The notes beneath the pieces were generated by a model that did no database searches, was not told the origin of the DNA, and saw only the letters and a program-made list of their open reading frames with translations. Below are positions 50,808-59,695 of a stretch of DNA of 64,000 nt, piece by piece. Within the stretch, counting starts at the first letter, position 1. Each line of letters starts with the position of its first letter. The stretch comes from an uncultured Gammaproteobacteria bacterium (GTDB taxonomy: Bacteria > Patescibacteriota > Patescibacteriia > Magasanikbacterales > UBA922). The translations under genes were made by a program, and so were the position numbers. Where the stretch lies: contig CAZQXB010000001.1 in NCBI GenBank assembly GCA_964597575.1, positions 466,111-530,110 of the forward strand, written 5' to 3'.

Positions 50808-52064
50808 ATGCGAAAAGACAAAACAGTCATGCAGGTGACCGCGGCGAATAATCTTCCACGGGTTCCTAACAATGAACCGGGGAAGAAGCGTGGTCGGCCC
50901 AAGAAAACTGTGATTGCAGAGGGGGTAGAAAGCACTCTTCCGACCCCGGAAGATTTCGAGGCAGAAGAAGAAAAACTTACTGCTGAAGAATCTGCCCGAA
51001 TCAAGCGCCAGGGGTTCATCTTCACGGATGAGCTTTTACGCGCCTCTACGCCTACGAAGGAACAGTCCACGAAAGCCCGAGAGTATCTTGGGGAAGAGGA
51101 CTTTGAACTTTTTTGGGCGATACGTTTCGGTACGCCGAAAGAAAGGATCGAGGCGCGGCGTGATTTGGTAGTAAGGCACACAGCCTTAGTGTGGTGGCTC
51201 ATTCTGAGAGAGCCCTTCTACGGTATTATTTCGAACAGGAAGTGGGATTGCGCGCTTGATTTCGAGGATCTGGCTCAAGAGGCCATATCATTCGGGCTCA
51301 CGAAGGCAATCGAAAAGTTCGACTACACACGAGAAGGTAAGTTCTCCACCTACGCCTACTACTGGATATACCAGGCTGCCCATCGGTGTATCGACAATGC
51401 GGGCGTTATCCGTGTGCCGGTTCACATGATTGAGAAGTACCGGAAGTATCAGGAGGTGCGTACTCAGATTGCCTGGCTGCAATCTGGGGAATGGGCAAGC
51501 CCATCACAACTTCAGACAGCTCTCGAGATGTCTGAGGAAGAGTTTGTGCAACTGCAGCATGCGGCAACGATCATCGATGGTCGAGGCTTGTCGTGGCTGT
51601 TTAAAGGAATGAACTGGAGGGTGAATCATAAAAATAGCCGCTCTCGGGCTGATACGTATCAGACGATGCTTGAAATCGCATTGGATGGTGCCGAAGAGTC
51701 AGAGAAAAACACGGCTGAGCAAGTGAGTGATGCCATTGACTTCCGTCAGCTTCAAGTGAAGTTGTCGGAGTTTCTTAGGGAGACTGACGTGCTCGTGGAA
51801 GCGGAGCGATTCGTTCTCACGTGGCGCTTTGGTCTGAATGGCGAAGCATCAGAAACTCTCGAGCAGGTTGGAGAAAGGATAGGGCTCACGCGCGAGCGTA
51901 TTCGACAGATTGAGGCTAAGGCTGTCGAGAAGTTGCGGAATTCGAAACTCTGGGAAAATGTGGCCCTGCCGTATTGGTCCGAAGTTACGGGGATCGCACA
52001 CGAAACCTCCATGGTCGAGTCGGCGTCTCTCCTCTTTTTAGCAAAAGTTAGGGGTGCGACGTGA
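50808..52064 (+). CDS. additional RpoD-like sigma-70 factor
   Basis: DLAQEA..GL.KAIEKFD, KFSTYAYYWI, IRVPVHM and [20 protein letters not shown] motifs. Confidence 0.9.
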   Translation: MRKDKTVMQVTAANNLPRVPNNEPGKKRGRPKKTVIAEGVESTLPTPEDFEAEEEKLTAEESARIKRQGFIFTDELLRASTPTKEQSTKAREYLGEEDFELFWAIRFGTPKERIEARRDLVVRHTALVWWLILREPFYGIISNRKWDCALDFEDLAQEAISFGLTKAIEKFDYTREGKFSTYAYYWIYQAAHRCIDNAGVIRVPVHMIEKYRKYQEVRTQIAWLQSGEWASPSQLQTALEMSEEEFVQLQHAATIIDGRGLSWLFKGMNWRVNHKNSRSRADTYQTMLEIALDGAEESEKNTAEQVSDAIDFRQLQVKLSEFLRETDVLVEAERFVLTWRFGLNGEASETLEQVGERIGLTRERIRQIEAKAVEKLRNSKLWENVALPYWSEVTGIAHETSMVESASLLFLAKVRGAT

Positions 52065-52765
52065 TGATGAGCCGTGAGGACATCGAAGCTGCCGAAGCGT
52101 TGCTTGGGGTAACCTTTCGCAAGAAAGAACTTCTTGAGCAAGCGCTAACCCACCGTTCATTGCAGAACGAGAGTAGAGGTGAGAAGAAAAAACACAACGA
52201 ACGATTGGAGCTCCTCGGTGACTCGATTATTGAAATCGTGGTTACCGAGTATCTCTTTCGGAATTACCCCGAAGCTGAAGCGGGTCAGCTTGCGAAAATT
52301 CGTTCAGCTCTTGTGAGTACTGCTAGCCTGAAGAAGGTGGCGGTAAAGCTCGGCTTTATGAAGTTTTGGCAGGCTTCGTCTGGTGAGAAGAAGGATTTGC
52401 TTAGTGCTCGCGGTCACAAACTGAAGCATGAAGCGGACACCTACGAGGCGATCGTGGCAGCCATTCATCTTGACAGAGGAATGATCTCGGCAGAAGCATT
52501 CGTGCTTGATACCTTGATTCAGTCCGATGTCGAGGGGGTGGATCTGCAGGATCCAAAAACACTGCTTCAGCAAGCAGTTCAAGCTCAGAGGAAGATGACG
52601 CCAATGTATCGTTTGGTGCGAGAGTGGGGTTCAGACCACGATCGTACCTACGAAGTAGCGGTGTTCATTGGAAAGGACATGGTGGCTAAGGCTGAGGGAA
52701 AAAGCCAAAAGGAAGCGAGTGTGGCTGCTGCCCAAAAGGCACTTCAAGATCTGCAGCAAGATTAG
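52061..52765 (+). CDS. rnc: ribonuclease III
   Basis: ALTHRS, NERLELLGDS, ADTYEA and dsRBD (DPKTLLQ...AAAQKAL). Confidence 0.93.
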   Translation: MMMSREDIEAAEALLGVTFRKKELLEQALTHRSLQNESRGEKKKHNERLELLGDSIIEIVVTEYLFRNYPEAEAGQLAKIRSALVSTASLKKVAVKLGFMKFWQASSGEKKDLLSARGHKLKHEADTYEAIVAAIHLDRGMISAEAFVLDTLIQSDVEGVDLQDPKTLLQQAVQAQRKMTPMYRLVREWGSDHDRTYEVAVFIGKDMVAKAEGKSQKEASVAAAQKALQDLQQD

Positions 52766-52906
52766 CGAGAGCTGATCGGTTGCGATAACCGACCCGGCAT
52801 TGTCTGAACACAATGACCGGGTTTTTTAATTCTAAATAAAAAGTTGAGGAAGATCGGGGAGTGTGATAGGCTTTTAGGGAAGGTGGTGAGTGTAATTTTT
52901 TTGTGT

Positions 52907-55900
52907 ATGCCCTTCGGTGAAGGTTTCAAATTCAATTTTTTTAAACGAAAAGACGAAGGGGAATTACGAGCCCAGGTCGAATCAGCCGAGGAACGTTTAG
53001 ATGTTTCGCCGAAAGAAAAGATTGTACCCCCTAAGCATCAGGAGGATTTAATGAATCTACCTTTTAATGATCTGAAGGAACGTTTTGGGGCTCGGTACGA
53101 TATGTACCTCCGTCTTTTGCGTGAGCAAAAACAAATGGAAAGAGTGGGGAATGAAAATGGTATGCAAATAAATAATGATGAGATATTGGAAATGAAAAAG
53201 TGGCTGTCTGCTCTGAACTCATTAGACGAGTATATTGCTAAATATGCAGAGGGTGAAGAAGACACGCTCTATGAAGAACAGCTAACCGTTTTTGAAGATT
53301 TGCGTAAATTTCTCGAGACAGGGAAAAAAGATGGGTACATAAAGCTCCCAACAGGAACCGGAAAGACAGTGCTCTTTTCTGAATTCGTCGAAGCTTTAGG
53401 GTTAAAGACCCTCATAGTTACGCCGAAAAAATTGCTGGTCAGACAAACCGAAAAAGCATTCCACGAATTTGCTGAAGATATTGATGTTGGAAAAATTTAC
53501 TCAAATGCAAAACAATACGGGAGGGCGGTTACTATTACCACCTACGATTCCCTAGTAGCTGGGTTACGAAATGGAACTATCCATGCTGAGGATTACGAAT
53601 GTCTTATTTTGGACGAAGTACACGAATCATTAAGCGATGCTCGTGCGAATGCTGTTGATCAGTTTAAGGGGAAGGTGAGAATTGGTTTTACCGCTACCCC
53701 AGAATTTTCCGATAAGAAAAAAGTAAGTCAACTGTTGGAGCATGAAATTCATCGCATGGAAATTCGTGAAGCGGTTAAAGATGGGCTTCTTTCTCCCGTC
53801 ACTTGTATTGTTGCTCGCACTGAGGTTGATCTAGATTCTGTTCCTCTTACAGCTTCTGGTGAGTATAGTGAGGAAGAGTTGAAACTGGCTGTAAATATTG
53901 CTGGGCGCAATCAGGTCGCTATTGAATTTTACCTCAAAAATACCCCTAATGAATTAGCTGTAGTATATTGCGTTGGGGTTGAGCATGCAAAACTCATGGC
54001 AGACAAATTTTATGAAGCAGGAGTGCCTGCTACCTACATTAGTGGCGCCATGGATGATGAAAAACAACAACAAATTTTAGACGGTTATGCGAGTGGTAAA
54101 TACAAGGTTCTCTGTAATGCTGATATTCTTGTTGCTGGGTTTAACGAACCAAAAGCCAGTGTGTGTTTGAACCTCAGACCAACCCGATCTCGCGTGGTTG
54201 CCGAGCAGCGAGCCGGGCGTGTTCTTCGGGTTGATAAAAATAATTCAGATAAGCACGCACTTGTTGTTGATTTTCTCGATAAATCAGGTGAGCTCCCGGT
54301 TATTTTTCCTCAGATCATTGATACCAATCAAATTGTTCCAAAGAAGAAAAGAAGGGAGGGTGAAGAAGGTGATGATAGGGAGGTAGTAGATTATATACCA
54401 ATGCGCCCACCAATTATCGATGTGGAAGGTCTGGATATGGTTACGGATTACGAGGAGGTGTTAAAGATTGTGCGGGAACGGGAAAGGGTTGATAAAAAAG
54501 ATAATTTTCTTAGTTTAGAAGAACTAAAGACACAGGTTCTAAGTGAGGGCATTGTAGACGGAAAGCAGTACGTAAAGGTGTATAAAGAGCACCCGGGTTG
54601 GCCATCCACTCCGGCATATACCTATGGCGAAAAATGGCCGGGATGGAAAATATTTTTGAATAAAGAAGCCGTAGAATTTTTGTCTCTTGATGAATTGCAA
54701 AAGCAGGTTTTGGCGGCTGATGTTCAAGACGAAGTGGATTATAAAAAAATAAAGAAAGATCATAAAGATTGGCCATATGACCCCGCTTATTTTTATAAAG
54801 GCGAATGGCAAAATTGGAGAGAATTTTTAAAGAAAAATAATAGATTCTTGTCTTATGATGCAATGCGTCTGCAGGTAAAAGAAAAAGGCGTTTCTGATTG
54901 GGGGCAGTATCAAAAAGTGTATAAAAATCACCCTGGCTGGCCATCGAATCCGTATGCAACATATAGAGATGAGTGGAATGGTTATCCAGAATTTTTTGGT
55001 AAAGAAGTAGTCGAGTTTTTTTTATTTGAGAAAGCAAGAGAAGTCGTGCGTTCAGCAAAGATAAAAAACAATAAGGAATATAAAAAAGAATATAAAAAAT
55101 ACCCAGGTCTGCCGGCTGTTCCCAGTGAAATTTATAAAGATCAATGGATAAGCTGGCCTGAATTTTTAGGTACCGAAGTGGCTGATCTTTCCTATACAGA
55201 CTTGCGTGAGCAGGTTCGTTCGGCGGGAATTAAAACAGGGGCTGATTATGTGGCAGTATACAAAAATCACCCTGGCTGGCCATCCACACCTGCTTCTACC
55301 TACGGTGAACAATGGCCAGGTTGGATCGAGTTTTTAGGAAAGGAGAGCGTTTCACTTCTTCCTATGGAAGAAGTGAAACTTGCTGTTCGAAGTTTGTTGG
55401 TGGATACGAAAGAAAAATATACTGCCGTCTATAAGAATCATAAGGGCTGGCCATCGAATCCTAGTTCATGCTATAAAGATCAATGGATAAGCTGGCCTGA
55501 ATTTTTAGGTACAGAAGATAGATTTCTATCTTATGAAGAACTACAAGCTCAAGTAAAAGAGAGGGGGGTAAAATCAAGTCCGCAATATAAAAAGGAATCT
55601 AAGAGGCAAAAAAATTGGCCTTCCGACCCGCAAAGTTTTTATGATGAAAGATGGATGGGTTGGGATTCTTTCTTTGAAAGAAGTGATCGATTCCTTTCAT
55701 ATGTTGACTTGCAGGCTCAAGTAAAAGCCGCGGGTATTACAGATAATAAAGGCTATAGTGCAGTATATAAAAATCACCCAGGCTGGCCATCGAATCCTAA
55801 CCATATTTACAAAAATCAATGGAAGGGTTGGTCAGAATTTTTTGGTAAAGAAGTGGCTGAATTTCTTACTCTTAGTAAGCTTCAGGATGAGGTTCGGGCC

Positions 55901-56434
55901 GCGGGTATTACAGATAATAAAGGCTATAGTGCAGTATACAAAAATCACCCTGGCTGGCCATCGAATCCCCCAGTCTTGTACGAGGATGTGTGGCAGGGAT
56001 GGAAAGAATTTTTCGGCACTAAAATTGAATTTCTTAAATTTGATGCTTTTAAAAAGCAGGTTCGGGAAGCAAAAATTACTACCCCAATGCACTATATAGA
56101 GGTATATAAAAATCATCCCGGTTGGCCGTCAACGCCAAAAAGGACATATGGCGATAGTTGGCCAGGTTGGGCTGCACTTTTAGGGGAATTCACCCCCAGC
56201 ACGGCTGTCTCAACTATAGAAACCTCAGTTGAAAGTAAAAATGCTACACATGAGCGTCCTGCATCATTTAAAGAGTTTCGCAGGCAGTTACGCGAAGCAA
56301 AAATTAGAAGTATTTCGCAATACGAAGAAGTATACCGAGATCATCCTGGCTGGCCAGCCAGTCCGCACATAGAATACGGTGAACAGTGGCCTGGATGGAA
56401 AGAGTTTTTTAAGAAAAAAAAGAAGAAAAAGTAA
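52907..56434 (+). CDS. SF2 (ResIII-like) helicase with 11 C-terminal tandem repeats
   Basis: LPTGTGKT, LDEVH, GFTATP and QRAGRVLR motifs; repeats Y..HPGWPS.P...Y...W.GW.EF. Confidence 0.9.
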   Translation: MPFGEGFKFNFFKRKDEGELRAQVESAEERLDVSPKEKIVPPKHQEDLMNLPFNDLKERFGARYDMYLRLLREQKQMERVGNENGMQINNDEILEMKKWLSALNSLDEYIAKYAEGEEDTLYEEQLTVFEDLRKFLETGKKDGYIKLPTGTGKTVLFSEFVEALGLKTLIVTPKKLLVRQTEKAFHEFAEDIDVGKIYSNAKQYGRAVTITTYDSLVAGLRNGTIHAEDYECLILDEVHESLSDARANAVDQFKGKVRIGFTATPEFSDKKKVSQLLEHEIHRMEIREAVKDGLLSPVTCIVARTEVDLDSVPLTASGEYSEEELKLAVNIAGRNQVAIEFYLKNTPNELAVVYCVGVEHAKLMADKFYEAGVPATYISGAMDDEKQQQILDGYASGKYKVLCNADILVAGFNEPKASVCLNLRPTRSRVVAEQRAGRVLRVDKNNSDKHALVVDFLDKSGELPVIFPQIIDTNQIVPKKKRREGEEGDDREVVDYIPMRPPIIDVEGLDMVTDYEEVLKIVRERERVDKKDNFLSLEELKTQVLSEGIVDGKQYVKVYKEHPGWPSTPAYTYGEKWPGWKIFLNKEAVEFLSLDELQKQVLAADVQDEVDYKKIKKDHKDWPYDPAYFYKGEWQNWREFLKKNNRFLSYDAMRLQVKEKGVSDWGQYQKVYKNHPGWPSNPYATYRDEWNGYPEFFGKEVVEFFLFEKAREVVRSAKIKNNKEYKKEYKKYPGLPAVPSEIYKDQWISWPEFLGTEVADLSYTDLREQVRSAGIKTGADYVAVYKNHPGWPSTPASTYGEQWPGWIEFLGKESVSLLPMEEVKLAVRSLLVDTKEKYTAVYKNHKGWPSNPSSCYKDQWISWPEFLGTEDRFLSYEELQAQVKERGVKSSPQYKKESKRQKNWPSDPQSFYDERWMGWDSFFERSDRFLSYVDLQAQVKAAGITDNKGYSAVYKNHPGWPSNPNHIYKNQWKGWSEFFGKEVAEFLTLSKLQDEVRAAGITDNKGYSAVYKNHPGWPSNPPVLYEDVWQGWKEFFGTKIEFLKFDAFKKQVREAKITTPMHYIEVYKNHPGWPSTPKRTYGDSWPGWAALLGEFTPSTAVSTIETSVESKNATHERPASFKEFRRQLREAKIRSISQYEEVYRDHPGWPASPHIEYGEQWPGWKEFFKKKKKKK
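54506..56410 (+). repeat. 11 coding tandem repeats of about 56-57 aa
   Basis: Counted in the translation; identical DNA blocks of about 40 bp at 55132/55472 and 55727/55898. Confidence 0.88.
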
Positions 56435-56449
56435 GTAGAAAATTTTAAT

Positions 56450-56479
56450 CGTAAAAGGACCCCATGGGGTCCTTTTACG
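56450..56479. terminator. bidirectional terminator
   Basis: CGTAAAAGGACCCCATGGGGTCCTTTTACG palindrome between convergent genes. Confidence 0.8.
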
Positions 56480-56498
56480 TCTCTCTTTTTGTATATTT

Positions 56499-57098
56499 TT
56501 ACACCGCGCAATCACTTACCTTCACTAACCGTTCATTCACCACGCTCCAATCCACCGCTTTCATAAACGCCTCAATATAATCGGCGCGTTTTATGCCGTA
56601 GTCAAGCATAAACGCGTGTTCAAATACATCCATAATAAGAAGTGGAGTGGTTCCGGCAAGATGACCCACGTCGTGTTCGTTCACCCACACGTTCATGAGT
56701 TTATCAGCCACATGGTCATAGGTAAGTATTGCCCAGCCAATACCGCGCATGGCACCGGTTGCTCGGAATTCTTTTTCCCAAGCCGCCATAGAACCAAACG
56801 AGGCAATAATTTTTTGCTCAATCATCTCACCTTTCCCAAGTTCAATACCACCATTCTCCATGTTCCCAAAATACAATTCATGAAGGCGCATGCCGTTCCA
56901 TTCCCAACCCAACCGACGTTTCAGTTCTGCGTATTCACCAGGTGTAGCTTTATCTTCTTTTGCCAAAGCCTCGAGTCGTTCAAGAAACGTGTTCGTATTT
57001 TTCACATACCCTTCGTAAAGGGTGAAGTGGTTTTTTAATAAGGCATCAGAGAAGCCTTCGGTTCCAAGCAAATGCTCGAAGTTTTGTGCGGTATACAT
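56499..57098 (-). CDS. Fe/Mn superoxide dismutase
   Basis: HFTLYEGYV, LHELYF, GIGWA and DVFEHAF motifs. Confidence 0.93.
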   Translation of the reverse strand: MYTAQNFEHLLGTEGFSDALLKNHFTLYEGYVKNTNTFLERLEALAKEDKATPGEYAELKRRLGWEWNGMRLHELYFGNMENGGIELGKGEMIEQKIIASFGSMAAWEKEFRATGAMRGIGWAILTYDHVADKLMNVWVNEHDVGHLAGTTPLLIMDVFEHAFMLDYGIKRADYIEAFMKAVDWSVVNERLVKVSDCAV

Positions 57099-57125
57099 AG
57101 AACCTTAGTCAAAGATGAAGAAATT

Positions 57126-57704
57126 TTAAATTTTTCCGACTAAATCCATACCCGGTTTCAAGGTCTTTGATCCCGGTTTCCATTTTGCAGGGCAAACTTC
57201 GCCACCATTGTCGCGTACATAAATCGCGGCCTGCACCTTGCGTAAAAGCTCATCAGCACTGCGGCCAATGCTGTTGTCGTGGATTTCAAACGCTTTAATG
57301 ACACCCTCTGGGTCAATAATAAAGCTGGCGCGGTACGATAATCCTTCTTCTGGAATGTATGTCCCAAGCGCACGGCACAAGTTACCGGTTGGGTCGGCTG
57401 CCATTGGGTAGGTAATATCTTTAATTGTTGGAGAGTTGTCGTGCCATGCTTTGTGTACAAACACGGTATCAGTCGAAACACTCACAATTTCGGCGTTCAA
57501 CTTTTTTAATTCTTCGTATTTTTCAGCAATATCTGTTAATTCCGTTGGGCACACAAACGTAAAGTCAGCTGGGTAGAAAAACAAAATGAGCCACTTGCCA
57601 GCAAAGTCGGTTCGAAGGTTCATTTTCTTTGTTTTGTTACTCTGGAAAACGTCGAGTGTCATGTCTGGAACCATCTGTCCAATGAGGGGTTTTGTCATGT
57701 CCAT
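57126..57704 (-). CDS. ahpC: 2-Cys peroxiredoxin
   Basis: FYPADFTFVCPTE and GEVCPAKW motifs. Confidence 0.95.
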   Translation of the reverse strand: MDMTKPLIGQMVPDMTLDVFQSNKTKKMNLRTDFAGKWLILFFYPADFTFVCPTELTDIAEKYEELKKLNAEIVSVSTDTVFVHKAWHDNSPTIKDITYPMAADPTGNLCRALGTYIPEEGLSYRASFIIDPEGVIKAFEIHDNSIGRSADELLRKVQAAIYVRDNGGEVCPAKWKPGSKTLKPGMDLVGKI

Positions 57705-57754
57705 AGGAAATATATTATTATGAGTACCTTCTATGGTATAATGCCTCCATTACA

Positions 57755-58744
57755 GTGTCAACACACCACGAATGTATGCTCGACCTCTTGGCTATCGGTG
57801 ATATTTCTGAAGATACGTTTTTAGAATTACACGAGGGAACGGTGCAGTGCGATGTGAACCGCGAGCATTGCCAAATGCTTCTTCCCTATGGCAGTAAAAT
57901 CCCAGTGACTGGGGTGACTAAGGTGCTGGCTTCTGGTAACGCTGCGAACCATGCGGTCGCGGCAGCTCATTTGGGTTTGAAGGTGGCGATGGTGAGTACC
58001 GTTGGCGATGATAGTGTTGGAAAAAATACCATTCAGGCGCTCAAACAATACGGCGTAAAAACAAACGATGTTCGGGTTGAGCCGGGTACGATGACCAATG
58101 TTTCTACCATTATTCATTTTCAAGGGGAGCGAACTATTCTCGTGTATCATGCCCCCCGCTCCTACCGGTTTCCTCGTGCTCCGAAAGCCAAGTATGTCTT
58201 TTTTTCCTCGGTCGGGGGAAATCATGAGGCGTACACACAATCTCTTTTAGAATATATTGAAGAAAGTAGTGCGAAGCTTGTATTTAGCCCAGGCACGCAC
58301 CAGCTCCGGCTCGGGCTTCCTGCACTTACCCCGCTATTCAAAGTGGCGGCAATGAGTTTCATGAATAAAGAAGAAGCGGAAACATTAGTGGGAGAAAAAA
58401 AGGATATGAAAAGTCTTCTTCAGGCGCTCGTGAAATATTGCGGGGGAGTGCTTTGTATTACGGATGGCGAAAAGGGGTCGTACGCCGTTTTACAAAATGA
58501 CTATTGGTTTTGCCCGGTCTTTCCGGCCACGGCGCTTGAGCGTACTGGGTCTGGAGATGCCTTTGCTGCTGGGTTTGTGGCAGCAGTGTATTATGGGCGC
58601 GAGGTAAAAGAGGCCTTGCAGTGGGGAAGTGTTAACGCAGCTGGGGTGATTCGACATGTGGGTTCCCACGAAGGGCTCCTTACCAAAAAAGAAATTGAGA
58701 CGGTCTTAAAGAAGTATCCGGAATACAGCCCTCGGGTGCTGTAG
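57755..58744 (+). CDS. PfkB family carbohydrate kinase
   Basis: GNAAN.AVA, NKEEA and ERTGSGDAF motifs. Confidence 0.9.
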   Translation: MSTHHECMLDLLAIGDISEDTFLELHEGTVQCDVNREHCQMLLPYGSKIPVTGVTKVLASGNAANHAVAAAHLGLKVAMVSTVGDDSVGKNTIQALKQYGVKTNDVRVEPGTMTNVSTIIHFQGERTILVYHAPRSYRFPRAPKAKYVFFSSVGGNHEAYTQSLLEYIEESSAKLVFSPGTHQLRLGLPALTPLFKVAAMSFMNKEEAETLVGEKKDMKSLLQALVKYCGGVLCITDGEKGSYAVLQNDYWFCPVFPATALERTGSGDAFAAGFVAAVYYGREVKEALQWGSVNAAGVIRHVGSHEGLLTKKEIETVLKKYPEYSPRVL

Positions 58745-58829
58745 GCCGAATAAATCGAAAAGCGGGGTTGCCTCAAAGAAAAGTCCCTGCTATACTCTTT
58801 TTACAAATTCACTATTTTATAACTGTTCT

Positions 58830-59597
58830 ATGAATGGACCAATGGATCAGGGAAAACAGGGTGCGGTTACTATTTCCCTCTCACCGTTTCAGGTGTTTGG
58901 CGGAGGTTTACTTGCTGGTCTTCTTGTACTTTGTACACTTGGTTTTTTTGTTACGCTTCCCATGGTTTTGAAAGGCGCTTCATTTGGTGGTAGCCCATCA
59001 GCCTACGTTCCAGGCCCTACCCCAAGTCCTTCATATGCGCCAGAAGCGGGTGCCCCTGCGGTTCTTGCGCCGGTTGACGAAAAAACAGATCATATTGTTG
59101 GCAACAAAAATGCGAAAGTAACGATTGTGGAATATTCAGATTTTGAATGTCCATTCTGTGGACGCTTCCACCCAACCATTAAGGAAGCTCTTGCGAAATA
59201 CGGCAAAGATATTCGCGTCGTCTATCGCCACTTTCCTTTGACCTCAATTCACCCTCAGGCACAACCTGCAGCTGAAGCATCAGAATGTGCAGCTGAACAA
59301 GGGAAGTTCTGGGAATTTGCAGATAAATTGTTTGCGAACCAGGGAGCTTTGAACGATGCATACTATAAATCAGCCGCTCGTGAACTTGGCTTGAACGGCA
59401 GCAAGTTCGACAGCTGTGTGTCTTCTCGGAAATACCAGGCTAAGGTAGAGGCTGATATTGCTTCAGGCAATGCCGCTGGTGTTCAGGGAACGCCACACTC
59501 CATTATTATCGGTGCAAATGGTCAGCAGTATCCAATTTCAGGAGCCCTTCCATTCGCGTCAGTTGAAGCAACGATTCAGCAAGCGTTGAACTCGTAA
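58830..59597 (+). CDS. DsbA-family thiol-disulfide oxidoreductase, membrane-anchored
   Basis: EYSDFECPFC, RHFPL and GVQGTP motifs. Confidence 0.93.
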   Translation: MNGPMDQGKQGAVTISLSPFQVFGGGLLAGLLVLCTLGFFVTLPMVLKGASFGGSPSAYVPGPTPSPSYAPEAGAPAVLAPVDEKTDHIVGNKNAKVTIVEYSDFECPFCGRFHPTIKEALAKYGKDIRVVYRHFPLTSIHPQAQPAAEASECAAEQGKFWEFADKLFANQGALNDAYYKSAARELGLNGSKFDSCVSSRKYQAKVEADIASGNAAGVQGTPHSIIIGANGQQYPISGALPFASVEATIQQALNS

Positions 59598-59695
59598 AAG
59601 AAAAGAGCCCGTTTTTCCGAAAAACCCCCTTCAGTGGGGGTTTTTCTTTTCCAGAATCCCATGGTATACTTTTGTCTGTAGAAACCGTATCCTGT

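Noticed and set aside
46100-56450. Prophage or ICE
   Set aside because: No integrase, terminase, capsid or relaxase, and no boundary att repeats.
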